Shown here: piece by piece, positions 1-9,549 of the stretch
Numbering within the stretch: position 1 is the first letter of the stretch
How the letters are laid out: every line of letters starts with the position of its first letter
Program-made: the position numbers and the translations under genes
Assembly (NCBI GenBank): GCA_963787445.1
Contig: CAWBCT010000005.1
Span: 160,001 to 224,000 of the forward strand
Direction: 5' to 3'
Source of the DNA: an uncultured archaeon
GTDB lineage: Archaea; Micrarchaeota; Micrarchaeia; Micrarchaeales; CABMGC01
DNA length: 64,000 nucleotides
Notes under the pieces: generated by a model
The model's input: only the letters and a program-made list of their open reading frames with translations
The model's database searches: none
What the model was told of the DNA's origin: nothing

Positions 1-361
1 CCCTTGTGAATTTGCCACCGTCGTTGGGCCTTGACTCAATATTGTAAACCGGCATTCCATCAGGTATGTCACCTAGCTGCAGTACGCTGCCGAGTGTTAT
101 CTCTGCGCCCTTGCCCTCATGGACTCTGTCTCCTATCTTAATTCCTTCCGGAGCGAGCTGCACTGACTCTGTGAAATCATCATACCTTACCTTCATCAAC
201 GGGGCGGTGTGGCCAGGGTCGTCAATGAACTCGATGACCTCTCCGGTTATCTTTCCGGTCCTGCGACTAACGTGCATGACGTCTGCCTTGAAGTAGTTTG
301 GCGCCTTTGTGTACGCCAGGCTGCCCTTACCACGCCGCTGTTGTTTTAGTCGTTTTCCCAT
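1..361 (-). CDS. rpl2: 50S ribosomal protein uL2, 5' part (runs off the window)
   Basis: Manual translation from ATG at 361 gives MGKRLKQQRRGKGS...FIDDPGHTAPL; lies directly downstream of rpl23. Confidence 0.93.
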   Translation of the reverse strand, partial: MGKRLKQQRRGKGSLAYTKAPNYFKADVMHVSRRTGKITGEVIEFIDDPGHTAPLMKVRYDDFTESVQLAPEGIKIGDRVHEGKGAEITLGSVLQLGDIPDGMPVYNIESRPNDGGKFTR

Positions 362-370
362 TTTCTAACC

Positions 371-622
371 TTATACCAATTTCAGCTTCTTCGCCACATC
401 CGAGGCGAGAAACTCCTTCTTCAACTTTATGTAGGCGCGCTTGCTGTTCTTTGTGGAGACCATCGTGTTGACGCTCTGCACCTTCACGTTGAACATCTGC
501 TCAAAGTCCCTCTTTATCGCCTTCTTGTCGGCAGCCAGGGAGACGACGTATATTATCGTGTTCTCCCTCTCCGCCAGGTTGAGCGCCTTTTCGGTTGCTA
601 TTGGATATTGAAGTGCTTCCAT
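371..622 (-). CDS. rpl23: 50S ribosomal protein uL23
   Basis: P-x-x-TEKA, VKVQSVNT and KRAYIKL motifs; operon position. Confidence 0.95.
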   Translation of the reverse strand: MEALQYPIATEKALNLAERENTIIYVVSLAADKKAIKRDFEQMFNVKVQSVNTMVSTKNSKRAYIKLKKEFLASDVAKKLKLV

Positions 623-626
623 CTGA

Positions 627-1415
627 TCATTCCTTCTTGAGCTGTTCCTCTATCGACTCTACTGCGGACTTGCTCCACAGCATTAGTCTTGGCTTTGCGC
701 CTGGCGCAAGCTTGCTTATCTTAAGCGAGTTCAGGCTGACTACGTCGACGCCCGGGATGTTCCTTCCTGCTTTCTCGACCTTGCTCTCTCCCTTCGTAAC
801 TATAAGCACGCTGTTCCTGAAGTGGCGCTTGTTCGCCTTTCTTGCAACTCCTTTTCTGAGCGTTGGCTTGTGTGAGCGCTCCAGGTCTGCTGAAAGTCCA
901 AGCGAGTCGAGAACCTTTATAAGCTCTGAGGCCTTGGCGATGTGCTCGATCTTGTCGTCAATTACCAGGGGTGTCTTCTTGTCGAATGTGTGTCTCTGCG
1001 TTATAAGTGCCGTGTCTGCTGATCCCGCGACCGCGCATTGAATTGCCAGGTTGTACTCCTTCTTGTTTATCCTCTCCTCAAGCCTCTTCCAGACCTTGTG
1101 CGGGTGGGCTCTCCTTCCCTTTACTGAAGACGGGATACGCCTTACGTCTCCCATTGCCCCTCCTCCGAGCTTCTGGCGAGGCCTTATGGCGATACCCATG
1201 TGCCTTCCACGTCGGTATCCGCTGTACTTTCCTACGTAAATAGCAGTTGTGTGAAGTCCTGCAAGAGGGCTGTGTCCCTGAGGCTGGTACTCCATGGACT
1301 GCTCGCTGAGAAGAGCCCTCCTGACGAGGTCCTCTCGGAACTCGTGAGAGAAGACATGCGGCAAGGTAATCTTGCCCGAAACATGCCCGTCCAATCCGTA
1401 AATATCAGCTTCCAT
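627..1415 (-). CDS. rpl4: 50S ribosomal protein uL4
   Basis: FREDLVRRA, GRRAHP, INKKE, RNIPGVD and LAPG motifs. Confidence 0.96.
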   Translation of the reverse strand: MEADIYGLDGHVSGKITLPHVFSHEFREDLVRRALLSEQSMEYQPQGHSPLAGLHTTAIYVGKYSGYRRGRHMGIAIRPRQKLGGGAMGDVRRIPSSVKGRRAHPHKVWKRLEERINKKEYNLAIQCAVAGSADTALITQRHTFDKKTPLVIDDKIEHIAKASELIKVLDSLGLSADLERSHKPTLRKGVARKANKRHFRNSVLIVTKGESKVEKAGRNIPGVDVVSLNSLKISKLAPGAKPRLMLWSKSAVESIEEQLKKE

Positions 1416-1421
1416 TTAATA

Positions 1422-2381
1422 TCACTGTTTTGATGCCAGGGAGATGTAGCTAACCACCGGCGGCTTTCCTCCTGCCGTCGGTCGAAGCGCCTTTCTCAAT
1501 CTAACGAGTCTCTTCGGAGAGCCAGGGATGGTTCCGTCGACGACCAGATAGTCGTTCTTTATCAGTCCATATCGGACATATCCGCCCTTCACGTTGATCG
1601 CTGCTGCTTCCTGCGGCGTTCCCACTTTGAGCACGCGCTTGTTTATCTCAGTGCGATAGTTGTAACCTTTGTGACCCGAGTGAGGGACTCCGAAGAGAAC
1701 CTTGGGCGGGTGCCAAGCTCCAAGAGTACCAACGTGGCGAACCTTTCCTGTCGCCTTGCGGTACTGCCTCGATACTCCGAACCTCTTTATGACTCCTGCC
1801 CAACCCTTGCCCTTGCTGATGCTTGAAACGTCAATGTAATCTCCTGCCTTGATGAAGTTCGCTACCTTGAGCTCCTTTCCGATGTGGCTCTCAATGAATC
1901 CGAACCTTTCTGTCGCGTTCTTGCCGCCGACGTGAATCTCGAAGCGCATTATCTTCTTGTTTGCAAAGCCGAGATTTTCTGGGTCCAAGTAAGCGAGCAT
2001 TGTGACATCAATCATGTTTGCCAAGTCGTTCTTGAACGCATTGATGTCATTCTTCTTCGCCTTCTTTATTCCGACGTTAGCTGCAAGCGCCATGTCGTAG
2101 GCCTCTCCCGCGACCGTCTTGTAAGATGAGTAGGAGTTCTTGTAGAATCGCGCCCCGTAGACGAAAATCCTCGGTATCTCAAGAACGGTTACTGCACGTG
2201 CAACCTCGGTTCCCTTTGCAGGAGACTCGCTGTCGTCAGTCATCATAACGTGGGTCATGCCCACCTTGAATGCCGCAAAGCTCAGCAGGCTTGCCTCGTT
2301 CACTACAGGCGTGCTGCGAACGCGCGGCATCTGCTTTATTGCGCGCCTATGCGGCCAATACTCCAGTGAACCTTTTCTCAT
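1422..2381 (-). CDS. rpl3: 50S ribosomal protein uL3
   Basis: RKGSLEYWP, FKVGMTH, KGKGWAGVIKRFG and GTLGAWHP motifs. Confidence 0.97.
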   Translation of the reverse strand: MRKGSLEYWPHRRAIKQMPRVRSTPVVNEASLLSFAAFKVGMTHVMMTDDSESPAKGTEVARAVTVLEIPRIFVYGARFYKNSYSSYKTVAGEAYDMALAANVGIKKAKKNDINAFKNDLANMIDVTMLAYLDPENLGFANKKIMRFEIHVGGKNATERFGFIESHIGKELKVANFIKAGDYIDVSSISKGKGWAGVIKRFGVSRQYRKATGKVRHVGTLGAWHPPKVLFGVPHSGHKGYNYRTEINKRVLKVGTPQEAAAINVKGGYVRYGLIKNDYLVVDGTIPGSPKRLVRLRKALRPTAGGKPPVVSYISLASKQ

Positions 2382-2389
2382 CTACAGAC

Positions 2390-2656
2390 CTATTTGTGTG
2401 TTTTTGCGCTTAGCGCTTCCTTTTTCTGCTGCGCATCGAGCATCCTCACGACGCTGTCCACCACCGTGAGCTGGCGTATCACGCTGCCCATGGAGGTGAG
2501 AAGCGCCTTGTGGTCCGATGCGGTGAAGTGTGTGGTGAACCCGTTCTTTGAGTTCTGAATCTGAGCCTCAGCGTTCTGGTACTCGAGGTGCTTTCCGATG
2601 ACTCCTGAGTAGTCGAAGCCGCTGCCCAATTCAATTGTTATCGATGCTGATGGCAT
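2390..2656 (-). CDS. pcc1: KEOPS complex Pcc1-like subunit
   Basis: 88 aa; the C-terminal ASDHKALLTSMGSVIRQL resembles the Pcc1 A-x-D-x-x-ALRA-x-x-N-S pattern; next to rpl15e. Confidence 0.55.
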   Translation of the reverse strand: MPSASITIELGSGFDYSGVIGKHLEYQNAEAQIQNSKNGFTTHFTASDHKALLTSMGSVIRQLTVVDSVVRMLDAQQKKEALSAKTHK

Positions 2657-2664
2657 GTTGAAAC

Positions 2665-3243
2665 CTATACTACCTTTATGCCCCTGTGGGATGCGCGCAC
2701 GCTTGGCCTGTTTCCTTCAGTGCCCTTGCCCTTGATGCGCATTCCGCGGTGCTTCAGTCCGGCGCTGGTAAGGCCCCTGTAGGAACGGCCCTTCATGGAT
2801 GCGATGCCGGCATACTGCGGGTCCGCAAGCACTGCACCATGGGCCCTGTCCAATAGGATGACCTCGAAGTAGCGGAACTTTCCGTCCTCCCCGATATAAT
2901 ATGAATTTAATACTTCAGAATTAGTGTAAACGCGCGCAGCACGATCCTCAGCGATCGCCTGCAATGACTTCCTGTAGGAGAAGAAACGACCGCTCTTGGA
3001 CGGCTTCCTTCCTCCCGCCGCCTTTTCGCGCTTCGTCATTCCCTTGATTGTCCTTATCCTTGCTACGATGACTCCCTGCTTTGCCTTGTATCCGAGCTCC
3101 CTTGCGCGGGCGATATTCGTTGGCCCAGGCAGCCTTACTATGCTGTCCTGCTTCCTCCACTCCGCAACTCTGCCTCGAAGGGCCTCGCTGCGCTCGCTGT
3201 AGGAATGCTGGAAGTTTTCCTTTATGTATTTGTATGCGCCCAT
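2665..3243 (-). CDS. rpl15e: 50S ribosomal protein eL15 (start moved to MGAYKY at 3243)
   Basis: MGAYKY, ARELGYKAKQG, EVLNSY and RGLTSAG motifs. Confidence 0.96.
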   Translation of the reverse strand: MGAYKYIKENFQHSYSERSEALRGRVAEWRKQDSIVRLPGPTNIARARELGYKAKQGVIVARIRTIKGMTKREKAAGGRKPSKSGRFFSYRKSLQAIAEDRAARVYTNSEVLNSYYIGEDGKFRYFEVILLDRAHGAVLADPQYAGIASMKGRSYRGLTSAGLKHRGMRIKGKGTEGNRPSVRASHRGIKVV

Positions 3244-3355
3244 CGGGACACCGAATGCTGATGCTAACGTTAATATTCTAAGAGCTTGTGCAGTCCGCCG
3301 CAAACGCGAATCAGGACGACTTACCTTAAGCCACGTCGAATGGCTTTAGAATGAG
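3244..3355 (-). promoter_or_regulatory. Putative structured 5' leader of the rpl15e operon
   Basis: About 110 nt between an AT-rich TATA-like box and the ATG; hairpin AAGCCA-TTCGACG-TGGCTT and GTCC...GGAC pairing on the minus strand. Confidence 0.45.
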
Positions 3356-3424
3356 TTAAAATATACCTCAATTAATTTAAATACCTATCGCTTACGTATA
3401 TTCGTAATCAATGCGGGCTTAAAG

Positions 3425-3919
3425 TTGACTGATATGAGTGACAAGAAATTCATGAAAGCAGCCATAAAAGAGGCAATGAAGGCCTTCGCTAAGGGAGATT
3501 ATGGCATTGGTGCAGTGATAGTGAAGGATGGCAAGATAATAGCAAGGGCCGGAGAGACGCTGAAGTCCAAGCCAGATCCGGTCAACGGCCATGCGGAGAT
3601 AGGCGCCATACGAAAAGCCTGCAGGAAGTTGAAAAGAGGTTATGTTGAAGGAGGAACTATTTACTCAACACATGAGCCTTGTCCCATGTGCACAACGGCA
3701 GTTTACTGGGCAAAAATCGCAAAGATAGTTTATGGTGTGAGCAGACAGGATATGATTGAACACATGAAATCGAAAGGAAATCGGCAGTTTTCCTGGAGAC
3801 AAATAGACATCTCATGTAAGGAAATACTGGATAAGTCTACCCCCAACTTAAACATAGAAATTATGTCAGACTTCATGAAGGATGAGTGTCTGAAGCTTTT
3901 AGATTTGGAACAACATTAG
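3425..3919 (+). CDS. Nucleoside/guanine deaminase (CDA/TadA fold)
   Basis: HAE and EPCPMC zinc motifs. Confidence 0.88.
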   Translation: MTDMSDKKFMKAAIKEAMKAFAKGDYGIGAVIVKDGKIIARAGETLKSKPDPVNGHAEIGAIRKACRKLKRGYVEGGTIYSTHEPCPMCTTAVYWAKIAKIVYGVSRQDMIEHMKSKGNRQFSWRQIDISCKEILDKSTPNLNIEIMSDFMKDECLKLLDLEQH

Positions 3920-5097
3920 TTTCCAGATTGAACTATTTTTGCAACTCCCTTTAGGTAAAGATAGAGTGCGGCGTACATCGGCAGCTCGACGGTGTAGTCC
4001 TGATATGGTCCGAAGGTCTCACCTTTCATAACCAGCGACTTTGGCGTGGTTGCCTTGACCTTCATCCTCTCACGGGAAAAGACTATTGCCCCGGAGAGGG
4101 GGTCAAAGGCGGTTAGCTCCGAGGCGCTTATCTGTTTCGCAAGAAGGCCGGTCTCGCCGTGTATGGTATTATGAAGCCTTATCAGGTGCATCGGGTCTCG
4201 GGTGACGTTCTTGTCGATTTTGTCGCTCTGGGCCACGGCGTGGGCCTTTATCAGCTCAGTCCAGAAGGCCTCCTTGTCCTTTATGTAGACCATGTCCCAG
4301 TTCCCGTTGTTTATGCCCATCTCGATAAGCGCGCGCTTTTTATAGAGGTTCCTTGCGGTCGCCTTGTTTATCCCCTGGGCAACAAGATGGTCTACCCCCA
4401 ATTCAAGATCTTTTATGACACCCTGCGCAATCTTTCCCGACCAGCCAGGGTCTGCAGGTTTTGGTCCCGAAAGCCTCTTTATTCGACTGCCGCTGCCTAT
4501 CTCCTCTTCCCTAAAGAACTGGTCAAAGGTGACACCGGTGCCTGCGATATAGTCGCTTATCTCCTTTCTGGCATTCGCATCGAGAGTCAGAACAGATTCC
4601 CGGTTAATGTGCACGTGGTAGCCGCGGTTGCCGCTGAAGTTTATCGCTATCTCCCCCTTGGAGAAGCCGAAGTCGGGGATAAGGAATTCCTCTATCAGCT
4701 TTATTGTCTCATTTTTCACGCTGTCGAGGCATATCCTGCAAACCCATGAGGTGCCGTGCTCCTTTTGGCAGGGGAGCTTCATATCTGTCGCATCAAGGTC
4801 AAAAACAAGTTCCGCGCCGGTCCAGATCTTGTTCTCCATGGGCCTGAAGCTCGGGTGTTTGTAATATCCGGCAGAGTACGAGATAAACGGAGGGGCCTTC
4901 TCAACAAGGTAGTTCTTAAGCTCGGCATGGGTCTTGAACTCTAAATGCCTGAACCGTATCTTGGTTTCGTAGTCTCCAACGCCAAACTCGCGCTGGTCTG
5001 ACCGGTCAGGCGCTATCGTGGCGGGATTCTGACGCACATAGTACTCGCTAATCATCTTCGTGACAAGTTGGTTGCCCTGCTCGCGAGTAAGCTCCAG
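3916..5097 (-). CDS. priS: DNA primase catalytic subunit PriS (start uncertain, between 5055 and 5163)
   Basis: ELVFDLD, FSGNRGYHVH and IDKNVT-x-D motifs. Confidence 0.93.
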   Translation of the reverse strand: MELTREQGNQLVTKMISEYYVRQNPATIAPDRSDQREFGVGDYETKIRFRHLEFKTHAELKNYLVEKAPPFISYSAGYYKHPSFRPMENKIWTGAELVFDLDATDMKLPCQKEHGTSWVCRICLDSVKNETIKLIEEFLIPDFGFSKGEIAINFSGNRGYHVHINRESVLTLDANARKEISDYIAGTGVTFDQFFREEEIGSGSRIKRLSGPKPADPGWSGKIAQGVIKDLELGVDHLVAQGINKATARNLYKKRALIEMGINNGNWDMVYIKDKEAFWTELIKAHAVAQSDKIDKNVTRDPMHLIRLHNTIHGETGLLAKQISASELTAFDPLSGAIVFSRERMKVKATTPKSLVMKGETFGPYQDYTVELPMYAALYLYLKGVAKIVQSGN

Positions 5098-5209
5098 AAT
5101 TTCACCATATACCCTATCTCTTAGAGGGTTTTTATCCTTTCTCTTGAAAATCGAGATTTTCACACGGAAGTTTTAAATATCTAGGAAAAGAGCAATATCT
5201 TCTGATTAA

Positions 5210-6502
5210 ATGAACAAGCACAGCGATTTGTTTTTCAATAAGGCGCAGATAGAAAAATTGATAAGAACGCATCCGACGCCGTTTCACATCTATCATGAAC
5301 AACGGATACGCGACAACGCCAGAGCATTGAACAACACATTTTCATGGGCCCCGGGGTTCAGGAATTATTTTGCAGTAAAAAGTCTGCCGAATCCGTATAT
5401 TGTGGAGGTATTAAAGCAAGAGGGTTCTGGTGCCGATTGTAGTTCAGCTCCAGAACTTAAGATAGCCAGCGCAGTTGGTTTGGGGGGGCACGACATAATG
5501 TTCACATCTAACAACACCCCGGCAATCGAATACAAAAAAGCTATGGATCTCGGTGCAGTGATAAATCTTGACGACATAACACACATTCCGTTTCTTGAGT
5601 GGCACGCGGGAATTCCTAAGACTATTTGTTTCAGATATAACCCGGGCAACGTAATAGTTACAAGTGAGGGCAATACCATTGGAAAGCCTCCGGAACAGAA
5701 ATATGGGATGAAGAAAGAGCAGCTCTTTGAAGGTTATAAGATAATGAAGGAAAAGGGGGTTGAACATTTCGGTCTTCATATCATGATACAATCCAACGAA
5801 CGTAACCCAGCTGCATTCATTGCTATAGCAAAGCACGGTTATGAAACAATAGGAGAGTTGTCTAACGCGTTGAAGATACCGTTTGATTTTCTGAACATTG
5901 GGGGTGGATTCGGAATTGCGTACGAGCCGCAGCAGATTTCCGTGGACACAAAGGAAGTTTCTGAGGGGATGAAAATAGATTATGAAAGGTTGGTCGTAGC
6001 AAATGGCCTTGCACCGCTAAAAATCTTTATGGAGAATGGCAGATTTATGACAGGGCCTTTCGGTTATCTTGTTACGACTGCGATTCACGAGAAGCATACT
6101 TATCGGGATTACATCGGGGTTGATGCCTGCATGACCGATCTTCCAAGGCCGGGAATGTATGGAACATATCACCATATCACGGTAATGGGGAAGGAGTACG
6201 CGGTTGAGGACCATAAATACGACATAGTTGGATCGCTATGCGAGAACAACGACAAGTTTGCAATACAAAGAAGCTTCCCAGAGATAGTAGTGGGCGATAT
6301 ACCCGTCTTGCATAATGACGGTGCCCACACCTGGGCCATGGGTTCAAACTATAATGGAAAACTCCGTCATGGAGAACTGTTGTTTAAAGGATACGGACAC
6401 GGTCCAGACAGGGATTTGTTAGTCGAAATTATAAGAAGGGACGAAACCGAACATGATTATTTCGCCACCCTGCACTTCCCTGGATCCAAATTCCCGCTCT
6501 AG
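5210..6502 (+). CDS. lysA: Diaminopimelate decarboxylase
   Basis: TPFHIY, FAVKS (PLP lysine), NIGGG, ENGRF, GSLCENND and MGSNYN motifs. Confidence 0.9.
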   Translation: MNKHSDLFFNKAQIEKLIRTHPTPFHIYHEQRIRDNARALNNTFSWAPGFRNYFAVKSLPNPYIVEVLKQEGSGADCSSAPELKIASAVGLGGHDIMFTSNNTPAIEYKKAMDLGAVINLDDITHIPFLEWHAGIPKTICFRYNPGNVIVTSEGNTIGKPPEQKYGMKKEQLFEGYKIMKEKGVEHFGLHIMIQSNERNPAAFIAIAKHGYETIGELSNALKIPFDFLNIGGGFGIAYEPQQISVDTKEVSEGMKIDYERLVVANGLAPLKIFMENGRFMTGPFGYLVTTAIHEKHTYRDYIGVDACMTDLPRPGMYGTYHHITVMGKEYAVEDHKYDIVGSLCENNDKFAIQRSFPEIVVGDIPVLHNDGAHTWAMGSNYNGKLRHGELLFKGYGHGPDRDLLVEIIRRDETEHDYFATLHFPGSKFPL

Positions 6503-6546
6503 CAAAACATCAAGTTTGCTTTTTAGCTTTTTACTTCTCATATCCA

Positions 6547-6912
6547 GTGAACAAGATGGACGAGATCAAGCAGGCAATCATAGTCAGGAAGGACATCAAG
6601 ATGGGCACGGGTAAGCTTGCCGCCCAGGTCGGACACGCAGCAGTGATGGGGTATCTTGACGCAAAGAACAAGGACCCGAAGATAGCCGATGAGTGGATCA
6701 GAACAGGAGAGAAGAAGATAGTCCTGAAGGTTGAGGACGAGAAGGCCCTGAGGAAGCTTTTCACCGCGTTCCAGTACAAGGGGATACCCTCTGCGCTCGT
6801 CACCGACGCAGGCCTCACGCAGCTGCCCCCGGGAACAGTTACGGCGCTGGGGGTGGGGCCCTGGAACGCCAAGGAGATAGAGTTCTTCACCTCGGCACTC
6901 AAGCTCCTCTGA
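6547..6912 (+). CDS. pth2: Peptidyl-tRNA hydrolase Pth2
   Basis: MGTGKLAAQVGHA, KIVLKV and DAGLTQ motifs. Confidence 0.96.
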   Translation: MNKMDEIKQAIIVRKDIKMGTGKLAAQVGHAAVMGYLDAKNKDPKIADEWIRTGEKKIVLKVEDEKALRKLFTAFQYKGIPSALVTDAGLTQLPPGTVTALGVGPWNAKEIEFFTSALKLL

Positions 6913-6963
6913 AGAACAGCTACAATTATATTATAATACACAATATATGTAAACGATGATCTT

Positions 6964-7323
6964 ATGGCACAGCAGACTGCAGCGCAACCGGACGCCTCGG
7001 ACGTGGAGAAGCTATTGAGGGATTACCAGCTGATTCAGGAGCAGCTTCGCTCCGTCGCTATGCAGCTCGAGCAGCTTCAGGCCCAGAAGATGGAGGTGGA
7101 GCGTGCCAAGGATGAGCTCACCAAGTCAACCGGAAAAGTGTACTTCAGCGTAGGCAGTGTCATCGTCGAGACGACCAAGGAGAAGGCCCTCGCGGACGTT
7201 AATGAAAGACACGAGCTCACCACCACAAGGCTGACCTCGTTCAACAAGCAGTACACGGAGATCAGGGCGAAGGAGAAGGCCCTGAACGACAAGCTTACGC
7301 AGATGTACAAGCAAAACAAGTGA
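6964..7323 (+). CDS. pfdB: Prefoldin beta subunit
   Basis: Coiled coil / VYFSVGSVIV hairpin / coiled coil; upstream of a DHH gene, as is usual in archaea. Confidence 0.88.
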   Translation: MAQQTAAQPDASDVEKLLRDYQLIQEQLRSVAMQLEQLQAQKMEVERAKDELTKSTGKVYFSVGSVIVETTKEKALADVNERHELTTTRLTSFNKQYTEIRAKEKALNDKLTQMYKQNK

Positions 7324-7327
7324 GCTA

Positions 7328-8332
7328 GTGGACGCGTTCCTGGGCTTTTCTGATCTGGAATCTTTCCTTCTGAAAAACAAGGACGCGAAGACGGCGATAA
7401 CCTTCCATTCCATAGGCGACCGGGACGCGGTGGCATCCGCAATCTCATTGTCCCAGATCTTCAGCGACTCGCGGGTGATAATGCCCGACTTCATAACCAA
7501 CAATGCCAAGCACATGCTTGAGCACTCCGGCCATGGGGGCAGAATCGGCACCGCCCTCCCCGGCGGGATCGAACTGGTGGTGGTCGTAGATGCGAACAGG
7601 CTAGAGCTCCTGGGCAACCTGGAGCAGGAGCTCTTCGACTTTGACGGCGACATCCTTTTCATAGACCACCACAGCCTTCCAAGCAACACGGGCTACGGCG
7701 GCAGGATCTTCATCTTCAACGACGAGCAGTACAACTCGGCCTCAAGCATAGTGTACGAGGTCTTGAAAAGGAACTCGGTCAAGATACAGAAGCCGATAGC
7801 CTACATGCTGATCAACGGGATAGTCGCCGACTCGGCCGAGTTCCAGAACTCAAACCCTTTGGTGTTCAAGCAGATCTCGGAGCTTCTGGAGATCTCCGAC
7901 CTGCGCTACAGCGAGGTCGTTGAGACCTCCCACGGGCCCGCTGCCCCGGAGCTGCGCAACAAGATCCTCAGGGATGTCTTCGGGGCTTCCACCGAGGTGT
8001 GCGGGAAGTATCTCCTGGCCTATGGCAGCGCCGATTTCCAGGCGAACACGGCCGCCGAGACGGCGCTTCGCATCGGAGCAGACGCCTCGGTCTTCTGGTC
8101 GCTGCATGAGAAGGAGGTCTCGTTCGCGGGGCGCCTCAAGTCTCCGCTCGACAAGGAACTTGGGCTTCATCTTGGAAAGATTATGGAAGATGCCGGTAAG
8201 ATTATAGAGGGTACAGGAGGGGGACACCCGTGCGCGGCGGGAGCCTACGGGAAGAAGACAGGCGCAGCCGCGGCTGCGCGGGACCAGATCCTGAAGAGCG
8301 TGAGGGAGAGGCTTCGCGCGGGAACCGAGTGA
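7328..8332 (+). CDS. DHH/DHHA1 family phosphoesterase
   Basis: H-x-x-GD-x-D, IDHH and GGGHPCAAG motifs. Confidence 0.9.
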   Translation: MDAFLGFSDLESFLLKNKDAKTAITFHSIGDRDAVASAISLSQIFSDSRVIMPDFITNNAKHMLEHSGHGGRIGTALPGGIELVVVVDANRLELLGNLEQELFDFDGDILFIDHHSLPSNTGYGGRIFIFNDEQYNSASSIVYEVLKRNSVKIQKPIAYMLINGIVADSAEFQNSNPLVFKQISELLEISDLRYSEVVETSHGPAAPELRNKILRDVFGASTEVCGKYLLAYGSADFQANTAAETALRIGADASVFWSLHEKEVSFAGRLKSPLDKELGLHLGKIMEDAGKIIEGTGGGHPCAAGAYGKKTGAAAAARDQILKSVRERLRAGTE

Positions 8333-8336
8333 ATCG

Positions 8337-8576
8337 ATGGGCTGCTCGAACAAAAAGAAGCGCAGGGCAAGTGAAGGAGACGACAAGCTAACGTCGGCAA
8401 TGAAGATACGCAGGCTGCAGAAAGGCTACGGCTCGGTCATAACAGAGCCCATATTCGTCAAGGTTGGAAACAGTTTGGACGATAGGGAAGGGGATGACGA
8501 CTCAACCGCTGCAAGAATACTCATAACGAGCACCATTAACAAATGGGAGATACGCAGAATGGCAAGGCGCGCCTAG
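8337..8576 (+). CDS. Small hypothetical protein
   Basis: 79-aa ORF starting just after the DHH stop. Confidence 0.45.
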   Translation: MGCSNKKKRRASEGDDKLTSAMKIRRLQKGYGSVITEPIFVKVGNSLDDREGDDDSTAARILITSTINKWEIRRMARRA

Positions 8577-8581
8577 GCTCG

Positions 8582-9490
8582 CTAGGACAGGCTTATGGTC
8601 ACTATTCCTAGGAAAAGCACGAATATTCCAACGATGAACTCAGGAACGACTATTGAGAGAAGGAATATTGAAAAGAGTGCAACGCCAATTATCTCCAGAC
8701 TCGTCAGTATCTCGGACAGATTAAGATATTTTGCACCCATTTTTCGGACAAGTCTGGTTGCCAAAAAACCAGAGTAGGAGGCTAGAAGAAGAGTTATGGC
8801 AACCCCGAAAGAAAGGAGCAACTCCGTACTCGTTACCTGGCCCATTGTGCTGAAACCGCCTAGGACTAGCCCTCCCAGGATTACAACGAGTAGTATGGTG
8901 AGAAAACTTTTTGTGTTTACAACAATCGGGTCCTCTCCTTTGTAAAGCGGGTAAAAAACAAGGTAGTAACCGGCTGTGAAGAACAGCATTGTGATTACTG
9001 ATGCTATTATTATTGGTATTGAAGCGCTAATGTTGTTGCCATAGAGCGCAAGTGCCTGCAATATTAAGCCCACAAATACAAGCGCCGTGCCTATGAAATA
9101 GAAAACTTTTAACTTCTCCTTCGTCGTTATTTTTATCAAAACCGCCATAAAGACGACGCTGCTGAAGAGCATCGATACTACAAAGGGGTAGTTTGTATTT
9201 CCAATCAGTGTTAGAAGGATTATGTTTCCTACGCCAAACCCGATTCCGGCAAGGATTGGTGAAATTCTTGTTAAAATTGGCCTGTTCTGGTGCTTTTGCT
9301 TTCGAATAAACAGGAACAGGAGTAGGGATAGCAGAACAGCCACCGAATAGGAGATAAGAAGGTATGAAAATATTGGCTTGTTGTTTATCGAAACTAAAAT
9401 GTCAGAGAGTATGGACCACGAAGCCCATGCAAAAGAGGATCCTAGAGCGAGGGCCATCGCCATGGTGATCTTGCTTTTATTCGTAGCCAT
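8582..9490 (-). CDS. DMT/EamA-like 10-TM membrane transporter
   Basis: About 10 hydrophobic helices in two repeats; AT-richer than flanking genes. Confidence 0.7.
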   Translation of the reverse strand: MATNKSKITMAMALALGSSFAWASWSILSDILVSINNKPIFSYLLISYSVAVLLSLLLFLFIRKQKHQNRPILTRISPILAGIGFGVGNIILLTLIGNTNYPFVVSMLFSSVVFMAVLIKITTKEKLKVFYFIGTALVFVGLILQALALYGNNISASIPIIIASVITMLFFTAGYYLVFYPLYKGEDPIVVNTKSFLTILLVVILGGLVLGGFSTMGQVTSTELLLSFGVAITLLLASYSGFLATRLVRKMGAKYLNLSEILTSLEIIGVALFSIFLLSIVVPEFIVGIFVLFLGIVTISLS

Positions 9491-9549
9491 CGGATCAAAT
9501 ACTAGTTAATGGGGGCAAAGACTAAATAGATAAACAGGAATGTCCAACC

